NCBI GenBank assembly: GCA_963780225.1
Contig: CAWAAX010000003.1
Coordinates: 134,971-198,970, forward strand
Reading direction: 5' to 3'
Length of the DNA stretch: 64,000 bases
DNA from: an uncultured bacterium
Lineage (GTDB): Bacteria; Edwardsbacteria; AC1; EtOH8
The notes beneath the pieces were generated by a model, which saw only the letters and a list, made by a program, of their open reading frames with translations, did not search any database and was not told the DNA's origin. Positions 9,095-17,338 of the stretch are shown in pieces (the first letter of the stretch is position 1; each line of letters begins with the position of its first letter). Made by a program: the position numbers and the translations under genes.

Positions 9095-10723
9095 TCAGGC
9101 TTCGGCCGGAGGCTGGGTCCTGATCTGGATCAAGTACTGCTCGCCGATGGACAGGATGTTGTTGATCAGCCAGTAAAGGTTCAGGCCGGCCGGCAGGCTC
9201 ATGAAAATGAACACCATAAACACCGGCATCATGTAGACCATCATCTTCTGCTTGGGATCCACCGTGGTCATCTTCTGCTGGAAGAACATAGCCACGCCCA
9301 TCAGGACCGGCAGCAGGCTTAATGATTCCCAGCCTACGAAGGGCAGCTTGCCTCCGAAGCTGACGATGCTGTCGGGCAGGCTCAGGTCGGTGATCCACAG
9401 CATGAAGGGCGCCTGGCGCAGTTCTATGGTGTTGATCAGCACGCTGTACAGGGCAAAGAACACCGGCATCTGCAACACCAGGGGAATGCAGCCGGAGAAG
9501 GGGTTGACCCCGTGCTTCTTGTAAAGGGCCATGGTCTCCTGATTCAGCTTGCCGGGGTCGTTCTTATGCTGTTCCTGGACCTTCTTTAAATGGGGTTGAA
9601 GGTGCTGCATCTTCTTCATCGACCGCATGCCGGTGTAGGTCAGGGGAAAGAAGACCAGTTTCATCAGCACCGAGAAGATGATGATCACCACCCCGTAGTT
9701 GGGGATGAAATTATGCAGGGAGCGCAGGAACCAAAGGATGCCCCGGGAGATGGGCTGGATCCACTTCCAGCCGGTGTCGGCGATCTTGTCCAGCGACGGG
9801 TCCACCTTGGCCAGCATGCCGTGGTCGATGGGACCCAGGTAGACTGCGATCTCGTCCCCGGTATTGGCGGTCAGGGGCAGGCCCAGCGAGGTGGTCAGAC
9901 GGTACTGGCCCTTTAAGCCCTGTTGGACCGAGGCGCCCTTCCGGCTTTTGGGGACCAGGGCGGCCACGAAATACTTGGTCCGCACCCCGCAGTAGGCGAT
10001 GTTGCCCTCGATGATCGGCAGTTCCTTGTTCTTGGCCAGCTTGCTCAGATTGTCTAACACTACATCCTTGCCCAGCATGGCCAGGGCTGAGAATTCCTTA
10101 TGGTCCAGGTCCTTGTTCTTTTCGGTGGCGTTCAGGCCGCAGTCCCAGGCCAGGTTATACTTGGAGCTTAAGTAAACGTTTTCAGGCGCCGTGATCTTGA
10201 TCTTCAAACTTAATCCCGGGGCGTTCTCCAGCAGTCCATAGGTCTTTTGGATCACCACTCCGTCGGCCAGCCTGGCCTGATAGGTGATGCTGCCGTCGAA
10301 TTCCTGGCCCGTCTCGAACACCACGTCCGAAAGGTCAACCGGCTGCCCGGCCACGGAAAGGTTCATGGTCAGGGCCCGGCCGCTGTCGGGGATCATCTGC
10401 ACCGGCTGGCCGTCGGGTCCCATATAATCCAAAAGCCGGTAACCGGACAGGGCGGCTCCCTGGCTGGTCAGCACGGCTTCAAAGCCTTTTCCCTTAAGGA
10501 TCTTTTGGGTGACGGGCAGTCCGGGGGTCTTGAGTTTGGGGCTTTTGGCCGGCGCGGCCGAGGGCTGGGCCAAAACGGCCTGAACGACTGCCGGTTCTGA
10601 GGCGGCCGGAGCAGTCTGCTGGACAGCAGGCTGGGGGGCCGGTTTGGGCATCAGGAACTGGAAGCCCAGGAACACCGCCAGGATCAGGATGATGGCCAGC
10701 AATAACCTTTTATTGGAATCCAT
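9095..10723 (-). CDS. yidC: Membrane protein insertase YidC
   Basis: YLGP, NYGVVIII, SMKKMQHLQP, LYKKHGVNPFSGCIP..LQMPVF, WITDLS.PD, LPAGLNLYW. Confidence 0.97.
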   Translation of the reverse strand: MDSNKRLLLAIILILAVFLGFQFLMPKPAPQPAVQQTAPAASEPAVVQAVLAQPSAAPAKSPKLKTPGLPVTQKILKGKGFEAVLTSQGAALSGYRLLDYMGPDGQPVQMIPDSGRALTMNLSVAGQPVDLSDVVFETGQEFDGSITYQARLADGVVIQKTYGLLENAPGLSLKIKITAPENVYLSSKYNLAWDCGLNATEKNKDLDHKEFSALAMLGKDVVLDNLSKLAKNKELPIIEGNIAYCGVRTKYFVAALVPKSRKGASVQQGLKGQYRLTTSLGLPLTANTGDEIAVYLGPIDHGMLAKVDPSLDKIADTGWKWIQPISRGILWFLRSLHNFIPNYGVVIIIFSVLMKLVFFPLTYTGMRSMKKMQHLQPHLKKVQEQHKNDPGKLNQETMALYKKHGVNPFSGCIPLVLQMPVFFALYSVLINTIELRQAPFMLWITDLSLPDSIVSFGGKLPFVGWESLSLLPVLMGVAMFFQQKMTTVDPKQKMMVYMMPVFMVFIFMSLPAGLNLYWLINNILSIGEQYLIQIRTQPPAEA

Positions 10724-10735
10724 AAGTTTGCTAAA

Positions 10736-10990
10736 TCACTTTGTTTTATTGTGGGGCAGTTTGGGATCGGGCACCGGGTCGTACCCTCCGGGGTTGAAGG
10801 GGTGGCAGCGCAGTATCCTTTTTACCGCCAAAAGGGTTCCCCGGCCCGGTCCGTGAATGGTCACCGCCTCCAGGGCATACTGTGAGCAGGATGGGTGAAA
10901 GCGGCACGATCTGGGAAGCACGGCGCCCAGTGTCAGCTGATAGGCCCGGATGAAGAACAAGACCGCCTTGGTCAGCGCCCGGTTCAGCAT
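10736..10990 (-). CDS. yidD: Membrane protein insertion efficiency factor YidD
   Basis: CRFHPSCSQYA...RILRCHPFNPGGYDPVP. Confidence 0.95.
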   Translation of the reverse strand: MLNRALTKAVLFFIRAYQLTLGAVLPRSCRFHPSCSQYALEAVTIHGPGRGTLLAVKRILRCHPFNPGGYDPVPDPKLPHNKTK

Positions 10991-11364
10991 GGCTGGTCCG
11001 GGCCGGCCGGTACCCTTAAAAGCCCGGCTTTTTCCAAAAGCTGGGGCAGGCCCGATTGTATCTGGGCATAAGTTAAGGGACGCTGGGCCACTATAAAAAG
11101 ATCGAAGCCGGGTTTTATCAGGTGCTTGGTCCGGCGGTAGGCTTCGCGCATCCGGCGCTTGTTAAGGTTGCGCTCCACCGATCCGAAGCCCTTCTGGCGC
11201 TTGGTGGCAAAACCGGCCCGGCATCCCGTTCTTTGGGGATTGGACCGGTAAATAAGATTTAATCCCTGATGGCGGACCCGCAAGCCCTGCTCGAAAAGCC
11301 CGGAGATATCGCCCTCGGATTTCAGCCGTTCCTCTTTTTTAAAAGTATGCCTGATCTTATCCAA
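10984..11364 (-). CDS. rnpA: Ribonuclease P protein component
   Basis: FKKEERLK, SVERNLNKRRMREAYR (RNR-motif variant); between rpmH and yidD. Confidence 0.92.
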   Translation of the reverse strand: MDKIRHTFKKEERLKSEGDISGLFEQGLRVRHQGLNLIYRSNPQRTGCRAGFATKRQKGFGSVERNLNKRRMREAYRRTKHLIKPGFDLFIVAQRPLTYAQIQSGLPQLLEKAGLLRVPAGPDQPC

Positions 11365-11401
11365 TTCTCTTACTGCCTTAAGGTCCGAACCGTCAGACCG
11401 T

Positions 11402-11557
11402 TCAGATCAGATGGCGCTCGTCGGCCACGGTCAGCTTCTTGCGGCCTTTGGCTCTGCGGCGGGCCAGCACTTTGCGGCCGTCGGCGGTGGACATCCGTTT
11501 GCGGAATCCGTGGGTGCGGGCACGTTTGACCCGGCTGGGCTGATAGGTCCTCTTCAT
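11402..11557 (-). CDS. rpmH: 50S ribosomal protein L34 (not in the ORF track)
   Basis: Manual translation [51 protein letters not shown]; purine-rich RBS (agaggag) upstream. Confidence 0.97.
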   Translation of the reverse strand: MKRTYQPSRVKRARTHGFRKRMSTADGRKVLARRRAKGRKKLTVADERHLI

Positions 11558-11629
11558 TACTCCTCTTCTTCCTTCGTGGGCTTATTGAATTTTATTGTTA
11601 AAAGGTTGATTGTTTCAGGGATAAACATA

Positions 11630-11671
11630 TTATAATACAACATATTAAGGCAAAAAGTCAAGTAAAATCAA
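11630..11671 (-). promoter_or_regulatory. Putative sigma70 promoter of the rpmH-rnpA-yidD-yidC-jag operon
   Basis: Minus strand reads TTGACT followed by an AT-rich tattataata -10-like region; exact spacing not resolved. Confidence 0.45.
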
Positions 11672-11871
11672 CCGGGCCGGCCCGCGAAATACTGTCTGCC
11701 TGCCAACCATGAGATACCGGACAAATGAGGAACACCAGAAAGTTTATCCCAAAAGAGAGGCATTCCATTTTTATCAAGCAGGGATGATGGGAGAATATTT
11801 TCAAAGCGCTGTCAAAAAATTATAATCATCTTAGCTTATCCCGGACAGGGGGCGCAGCTTGCTTTTTTTGC

Positions 11872-11901
11872 TTGACTTTAGGGACCCTTTAATGGTATTC
11901 T
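11872..11901 (+). promoter_or_regulatory. Putative sigma70 promoter for the gcvPB cluster
   Basis: TTGACT-N18-TATTCT with TG extended -10. Confidence 0.55.
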
Positions 11902-12058
11902 AATCTGTTGTATCCTACAACTTAAGTAATGTTTTTTTATTTTCCACAGAGTTGACCACAGAAAGCACATAAACCGTTATAACGTTACTACGTAATAACG
12001 TTAAACGTGTTTGATTTGGGAAGAATAACCACTAAAAATCTTATATAAATAGCGGCCA

Positions 12059-13552
12059 ATGTTAGAAAAAACCATCTTTGAACTGTCTTCTTCCGGCCGG
12101 CAAGGCCACGCTTTACCCCAGTGCGACGTGCCGGAGAAACCCACCGGCTCCCTGATCCCCAAGGGTCAGTTGCGAGCCCAGGAGCCCGGACTGCCCCAGG
12201 TGGCGGAGATCGACGCCTTCCGGCATTTTGTCCGGCTGTCCACTTTGAACCATCACGTGGACAAGGGTTTTTATCCTTTGGGCTCCTGCACCATGAAGTA
12301 CAATCCCAAGGTCAACGAGGACCTGTCGCGCCTGCCGGGTTTCACCGGCACCCACCCGCTCCAGGACCCAACTGATCTGCAGGGCGGCCTGCGGTTGATG
12401 AAGGAGCTGGGCGACTCGCTCTGCCAGATCTCCGGCCTGGACGCCGTCACCCTGCAGCCGGTGGCCGGGGCCCACGGCGAATATACCGCCATCATGATGA
12501 TCCGGGCCTACCATCTTAAGAAGGGCAGGGTCCGCAGCAAGATACTGGTTCCCGATTCGGCCCACGGCACCAACCCGGCCACCACCACCCTTTCCGGTTA
12601 CACGGCGGTGACCGTGAAATCCAACGCCGACGGCCTGGTGGACCCCGAGGACCTTAAGGCCCACCTGGACGACGAAGTGGCCGGCCTGATGCTGACCAAC
12701 CCCAACACCGTGGGGCTGTTCGAAAAGAACATCGTCCAGGTCACCAAGATGGTGCACGACATAGGCGGGCTGGTGTTCATGGACGGGGCCAACCTCAACG
12801 CCATGATGGGCATCGTCCGGCCCGGGGATTTCGGGATCGACGCCATGCACTTCAACCTCCACAAGACCTTCGCCACCCCCCACGGCGGCGGCGGGCCGGG
12901 AGGCGGCGGAGTGGCCTGCACCAAGGCGCTGGAGCCGTTCCTTCCTCTTCCAACTATTGCCACACGGAACGTTTCAAACGGTTCGAACGTTTCAAACGGT
13001 TTGAAACAGTTAGAGTACTATCTTGATTATGAGAGACCGGACAGCATCGGCAAGGTTCACAGTTTCTTCGGCAACTTCGGGGTGATGGTCAAGGCCTACA
13101 CCTACATCCGGATGCTGGGGGGCAAGGGCCTGCGCCGGGTCTCGGAGAATGCCATCATCAACGCCAATTACATCATGCGGTCGCTGGAGGGGATATACGA
13201 CCTGCCGTTCAAGGCCCACTGCAAGCACGAGTGCGTGTTCTCCGGCCTCAAGTTCCGGGACAAGGGCATCAAGACCCTGGACATCGCCAAAAGGCTTTTG
13301 GACTACGGCTACCACGCGCCCACCGTCTACTTCCCGCTAATAGTGCCCGAGGCCATCATGATCGAGCCCACCGAGACCGAGAGCCAGGAGACGCTGGACG
13401 AGTTCATCTCGGCCATGAAGAAGATAGCCGAAGAGATAGAGAAGACCCCGGAGATCGTTAAGAGCGCGCCCAACAACACGCCCATCGGGCGGCTGGACGA
13501 TGCCAAGGCGGCCAAGGACCAGAAGCTGTGCTACCGCGGGGAGTGTTTGTAA
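12059..13552 (+). CDS. gcvPB: Glycine dehydrogenase (decarboxylating) subunit 2
   Basis: FYPLGSCTMKYNPK, QPVAGAHGE, PDSAHGTNPA, DGANLNA, HFNLHKTFATPHGGGGPG (PLP lysine), IEPTETES. Confidence 0.97.
   Translation: MLEKTIFELSSSGRQGHALPQCDVPEKPTGSLIPKGQLRAQEPGLPQVAEIDAFRHFVRLSTLNHHVDKGFYPLGSCTMKYNPKVNEDLSRLPGFTGTHPLQDPTDLQGGLRLMKELGDSLCQISGLDAVTLQPVAGAHGEYTAIMMIRAYHLKKGRVRSKILVPDSAHGTNPATTTLSGYTAVTVKSNADGLVDPEDLKAHLDDEVAGLMLTNPNTVGLFEKNIVQVTKMVHDIGGLVFMDGANLNAMMGIVRPGDFGIDAMHFNLHKTFATPHGGGGPGGGGVACTKALEPFLPLPTIATRNVSNGSNVSNGLKQLEYYLDYERPDSIGKVHSFFGNFGVMVKAYTYIRMLGGKGLRRVSENAIINANYIMRSLEGIYDLPFKAHCKHECVFSGLKFRDKGIKTLDIAKRLLDYGYHAPTVYFPLIVPEAIMIEPTETESQETLDEFISAMKKIAEEIEKTPEIVKSAPNNTPIGRLDDAKAAKDQKLCYRGECL
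12968..13013 (+). repeat. 9-mer tandem repeat tract (AACGKTTCA-like x5) in frame inside gcvPB
   Basis: aacgtttca aacggttcg aacgtttca aacggtttg a aacagttag; encodes NVSNGSNVSNGLKQL. Confidence 0.85.
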
Positions 13553-13590
13553 CTGACCACCAACGGTTCAAACCTTTTAAACTGTTTAAT

Positions 13591-13942
13591 ATGATATCCC
13601 AGGAACAAATAAATAATGTAGTGGACATCATAGTGAAAAATGTTCACCCCGATCAGGTAATTCTTTTCGGGTCTTACGCCGCAGGTTCGCCTTCTCCGGA
13701 CAGCGACTGGATATATTGGTGGTCAAGGAATTTCTCCGGACAGCGACCTGGATATATTGGTGGTCAAGGACATGAACCTGCCCAGCCATCAACGGAGTCC
13801 CCAGGTCAAAAAATACTTAAGAGGCCTTAAAATTCCCATTGATCTGGTGGTCTGCACCAAAGGCGAGCTGGAAAAATGGCGGGGGGTCAAAACCACTTTT
13901 GCCAATGAAATATTAAAAAGAGGCAGGGTGGTTTATGGGTGA
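13591..13942 (+). pseudogene. Minimal nucleotidyltransferase (MNT) antitoxin frameshifted by a 40-nt tandem duplication
   Basis: VILFGSYAAG..SPDSD in one frame and SDLDILVV...IPIDLVV...ILKRGRVVYG in another; duplicated segment at 13692-13729 and 13732-13770. Confidence 0.85.
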
Positions 13943-14330
13943 AAAGGAAGAACTGGTCAAAGGGTGGCTTTACAAGGCCAAACATGACCTGGGCATGGCC
14001 AGACTGGCATTGGACGCCAAAAGCGGATACAATGACTCCATTTGCTTTCATTGTCAGCAGGCGGCCGAAAAATATCTTAAAGCCTATCTGGTTTATCTGG
14101 ATTTGGATTTTGCCAAGACCCACAGCATTGGCTATCTGCTGGACTTGATCGGCGAAAAGCAAAAAGTGCAGGATGATTTTTACGGCCAGCTTGAGAAATT
14201 AGAAGGCTACTCGGTGGCGGTGCGGTATCCGGACAGCGCCTTTGAGCCATCGGAGGAAGAAGCTGCGGAAGCTTACCGGATCGCCGAGTCGGTCAAGGAT
14301 TTTATTTTTAAAAACATGCCTTTGGTTTGA
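13935..14330 (+). CDS. HEPN domain protein (MNT-HEPN toxin-antitoxin partner)
   Basis: WLYKAKHDL..A, CFHCQQAAEKYLKAYL, KTHSIGYL, VAVRYP; overlaps the MNT stop. Confidence 0.9.
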   Translation: MGEKEELVKGWLYKAKHDLGMARLALDAKSGYNDSICFHCQQAAEKYLKAYLVYLDLDFAKTHSIGYLLDLIGEKQKVQDDFYGQLEKLEGYSVAVRYPDSAFEPSEEEAAEAYRIAESVKDFIFKNMPLV

Positions 14331-14731
14331 TGATGAGAGATTCTATTTACATAGACGGCCAGATGCCCTCGCCCGAGCGGCAGAAGGAACTCTTAACCAA
14401 GATCGCCGACCAGATCGTCAAGCGCAAGCTGACCACTCCGGCCATCCTGTTCTTCGAGTCGGTCAAGCCGTTGTCCTTCGTGGGCAGCCAGGCCCTGGTC
14501 TTTCTGCAGCCCATCATCCAGGCCTTCCTCAACCGCCGGGAGTACGATGAGATCGTATTAATGATGGAGGAGCGGGAAAACGTGGAGAAACTGCTGTTGG
14601 AGATAGAAAACCAGGAGGCCCGGTGGCAGCAGAGGGAGAAGGCGGAGCGGGATGAGGCTAAGAAGTTGAGAAGTGCGGAAGGCAAGAAGACCTGGTTCCA
14701 GAGGTTCAAAAGTTTCATAGGCATCCGGTAG
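14327..14731 (+). CDS. Conserved hypothetical protein
   Basis: Host-like codon usage; LTTPAILFFESVKPLSFVGSQAL; function not recognised. Confidence 0.75.
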   Translation: MMMRDSIYIDGQMPSPERQKELLTKIADQIVKRKLTTPAILFFESVKPLSFVGSQALVFLQPIIQAFLNRREYDEIVLMMEERENVEKLLLEIENQEARWQQREKAERDEAKKLRSAEGKKTWFQRFKSFIGIR

Positions 14732-14830
14732 GGGTTTGATTCATCAAACCGTGTAGGGGCGGATCATGATCCGCCCAGCACCCCCCGGCGGGAGAGGGGG
14801 AACCCTGTAGGGGCGAATCGTGATTCGCCC
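14728..14830 (+). repeat. Cluster of three GTAG-type REP palindromes
   Basis: gtaggggtttgattcatcaaacc (14728-14750), gtaggggcggatcatgatccgccc (14753-14776), gtaggggcgaatcgtgattcgccc (14807-14830). Confidence 0.85.
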
Positions 14831-14880
14831 AAGGTTGGTTCAATGGAATATTAGGATTTTTGAAATTGAAGGAGCAAACC

Positions 14881-15105
14881 ATGTCCTATAAAATCAGCGT
14901 CATAATAGAAAAAGACGAAAACGGGTTTTACGCTTACACTCCCGAACTCGAGGGCTGCCAGAGTCAGGGCGATACATTGGAGGAAGTGGTAAAAAACATC
15001 AAAGAAGCCGTGGAGCTTTACCTGGAAACTCTGACCAGGTCCGAGAAGAAGTCATTGTTAAGCAAAGAAATATTTTCCACCTCCTTAGAGGTTAAAGTTG
15101 CCTAA
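14881..15105 (+). CDS. hicB: HicB-family antitoxin (short form)
   Basis: VIIEKDENGFYAYTPELEGCQSQGDTLEEVVKNIKEAVELYLE. Confidence 0.9.
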   Translation: MSYKISVIIEKDENGFYAYTPELEGCQSQGDTLEEVVKNIKEAVELYLETLTRSEKKSLLSKEIFSTSLEVKVA

Positions 15106-15301
15106 AGCGGCAAGGTTGACGGCAGCTGAAGCGGAAAAGACGCTTTTAAAAAACGGGTTTGAATTGCTCAGATCCAAGGGCAGTCATCGCATTTACTTTA
15201 GAAACGGCAAAAGACTGGTGATCCCTTTTCATGGCAACCGGATATTGCACCCCAAAATCGTCAAGCAAATTTTAAAGGCCGTGGATGAAACGGCATCTTA
15301 A
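15098..15301 (+). CDS. hicA: HicA-family toxin (mRNA interferase)
   Basis: LLKNGFELLRSKGSHRIY...VIPFH...IVKQILK; TTG start overlapping hicB. Confidence 0.9.
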   Translation: MPKAARLTAAEAEKTLLKNGFELLRSKGSHRIYFRNGKRLVIPFHGNRILHPKIVKQILKAVDETAS

Positions 15302-15352
15302 AGTAGTTAAGTAAACAAAAAATAGATCACATAAACATTCAGGAGACTCATA

Positions 15353-17185
15353 ATGGCAGTTGATCCCAACAAGCTGAAGGTAATTCTGGTCACCGACTGC
15401 GGCAGCACCACCACCAAGGCCATCCTCATCGAATACAAGAACGGCGAGTACCGCCAGACCACCCGGGGCGAGGCCCCCACCACGGTGGAGAAGCCCTTCG
15501 AGGACGTCACCAAGGGCGTGCTCAACGCGGTGCGCGAGGTGGAGGAGCTTTCCGGGCGCAAGATCCTGAAAGGCGACGATATCATGACCCCGGCCGACGG
15601 CATGAACGGCGTGGACATCTACATGTCCACCAGCTCGGCCGGCGGCGGACTGCAGATGATGGTGGCCGGAGTGGTGAAAACCATGACCGGCGAGAGCGCC
15701 GCCCGGGCCGCCCTGGGCGCCGGGGCCATCGTAATGGACGTGCTGGCCTCCAACGACGGCCGCCTGCCCCACCAGCGGATCGAGCGGATCCGCCACCTGC
15801 GCCCCGACATGATCCTGCTGTCCGGCGGCATCGACGGCGGCACCGTGACCCACGTGGCCGAGATGGCCGAGCTGATCGGGGCGGCCGACCCCAAGCCCCG
15901 GTTCGGCACCAGCTACATGCTGCCGGTGATCTACGCCGGGAACAAGGACGCCCGGGAGATAGTCACCAAGACCTTGGGCGAAAAGACCGCCCTGCTGATC
16001 AAGGACAACCTGCGGCCGGTGCTGGAGCGCGAGAACCTTAAGCCCGCCCGGGACGCCATCCATGACGTCTTCATGGAACACGTGATGGCCCACGCCCCCG
16101 GCTACAAGAAACTGATGGCCATGGCCCACGAAGTTCCCATCATGCCCACCCCGGGCGCGGTGGGGCTGATGATCCAGTCCTTGGCCAAGGCCGACGACAT
16201 CGCGGCGGTGGGCGTCGACATCGGTGGGGCCACCACCGACGTCTTCTCGGTCTTCTACGGGCTCAACGACAAGAAGGAGCGCGAGGCCACCTTCAACCGC
16301 ACCGTCTCCGCCAACCTGGGCATGAGCTATTCCATCTCCAACGTGCTGGCCGAGGCCGGCCTGGATAACATCATGCGCTGGGTGCCGTTTGAACTGGACG
16401 AGGCCGACCTGCGCAACCGGATCCGCAACAAGATGATCCGGCCGACCACCATTCCCCAAAGTCTGGAGGAACTGCAGATAGAGCAGGCCATCAGCCGCGA
16501 GGCCCTGCGCCTGGCCTTTAAGCAGCACAAGGAAATGGCGGTGGGCTTAAAGGGCGTGCAGCAGGAGCGGACCATCTCCGACGCCTTCGAGCAGACCGGC
16601 TCCGGCGACACTCTGATAAACATGATGGACCTGAACATCCTGATCGGCTCCGGCGGCGTGCTTTCCCACGCCCCGCGCCGGGCCCAGTCGGCCCTGATGA
16701 TGATCGACTCCTTTATGCCAGAGGGCATCACCACCATGGCGGTGGACTCCATCTTCATGGCCCCGCACCTGGGGGTGCTCTCCACCGTCAACGCTCCGGC
16801 CGCCAACGAGGTGTTCATCAAGGACTGCCTGGTAAGGCTGGGCTCATCCATCTGTCCCTCCGGGCAGGGCAAGGAAGGCCAGCCCTGCGTCACAGTGCGC
16901 TTCACCCGGGCCGACGGCACCAAGGTGGACGAGAGCATCAAGGTGGGCGAGATGAAGCTGATCCCGCTGGGGGTGGAAAAGGTCAAGGCCCAGATCATCC
17001 CGGCCAAGCAGTTCGACATCGGAGCCGGCAAGGGCAAGGAAATGGAAGTCACCCTGGAGGGCGGCACGGTGGGCGTGATCATAGACGGCCGGGGCCGGAC
17101 CCTGCTGCTGCCGGCCGACAAGAAGGAGCGGATCAGAAAGCTCAACGAGTGGAACAAGGCGCTGGATATATATCCCGCCAAGTAA
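15353..17185 (+). CDS. GlmL/MutL(glutamate mutase L)-related actin-fold ATPase-like protein
   Basis: TDCGSTTTKA, TSSAGGGL, SAARAALGAGA, LLSGGIDGG, YAGNK, IMPTPGAV, VDIGGATTDVFS, GSGGVLSHAP. Confidence 0.85.
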   Translation: MAVDPNKLKVILVTDCGSTTTKAILIEYKNGEYRQTTRGEAPTTVEKPFEDVTKGVLNAVREVEELSGRKILKGDDIMTPADGMNGVDIYMSTSSAGGGLQMMVAGVVKTMTGESAARAALGAGAIVMDVLASNDGRLPHQRIERIRHLRPDMILLSGGIDGGTVTHVAEMAELIGAADPKPRFGTSYMLPVIYAGNKDAREIVTKTLGEKTALLIKDNLRPVLERENLKPARDAIHDVFMEHVMAHAPGYKKLMAMAHEVPIMPTPGAVGLMIQSLAKADDIAAVGVDIGGATTDVFSVFYGLNDKKEREATFNRTVSANLGMSYSISNVLAEAGLDNIMRWVPFELDEADLRNRIRNKMIRPTTIPQSLEELQIEQAISREALRLAFKQHKEMAVGLKGVQQERTISDAFEQTGSGDTLINMMDLNILIGSGGVLSHAPRRAQSALMMIDSFMPEGITTMAVDSIFMAPHLGVLSTVNAPAANEVFIKDCLVRLGSSICPSGQGKEGQPCVTVRFTRADGTKVDESIKVGEMKLIPLGVEKVKAQIIPAKQFDIGAGKGKEMEVTLEGGTVGVIIDGRGRTLLLPADKKERIRKLNEWNKALDIYPAK

Positions 17186-17215
17186 GCCCTCCCTGCCCCT
17201 CCCCGCTGACGAATC

Positions 17216-17331
17216 AACAGTAAGGGCACGATGCATCGTGCCCCAACGAAAAGGAACGTAAGGGCCGATATATCGGCCCCAACCGAAAAGAACAGTAAGG
17301 GCACGATGCATCGTGCCCCAACGAAAAGGAA
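17216..17331 (+). repeat. Three GTAA-type REP palindromes; the first and third lie in an exact 41-bp direct repeat
   Basis: gtaagggcacgatgcatcgtgccccaac (17220, 17295) and gtaagggccgatatatcggccccaac (17258). Confidence 0.9.
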
Positions 17332-17338
17332 AAAATAT

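Larger units (their letters stand above)
11558..12058. other. Candidate replication origin region (divergent intergenic gap next to rpmH)
   Basis: Window-wide switch of coding strand; TTTTCCACA (11940-11948) fits TTWTNCACA; degenerate TTGACCACA (11952-11960); AT-rich. Confidence 0.4.

Noticed and set aside
11680..12058. Glycine riboswitch upstream of gcvPB
   Set aside because: The conserved GGAGA...CCGAAG...CUCUCAGG elements were not found.
15353..17185. DNA mismatch repair MutL
   Set aside because: Name overlap only; motifs are actin/ASKHA-like (DxGSTxTK, DIGGATTD), not GHKL.
17216..17331. Possible mini CRISPR array (41-bp repeat twice)
   Set aside because: The intervening segment is itself a related palindrome, there are only two exact copies and no cas genes; REP cluster fits better.
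17231..17338. N-terminal extension with repeated MHRAPTKR in ORF 17231..18460
   Set aside because: It is the translation of the REP palindromes; the likely start is ATG 17339.
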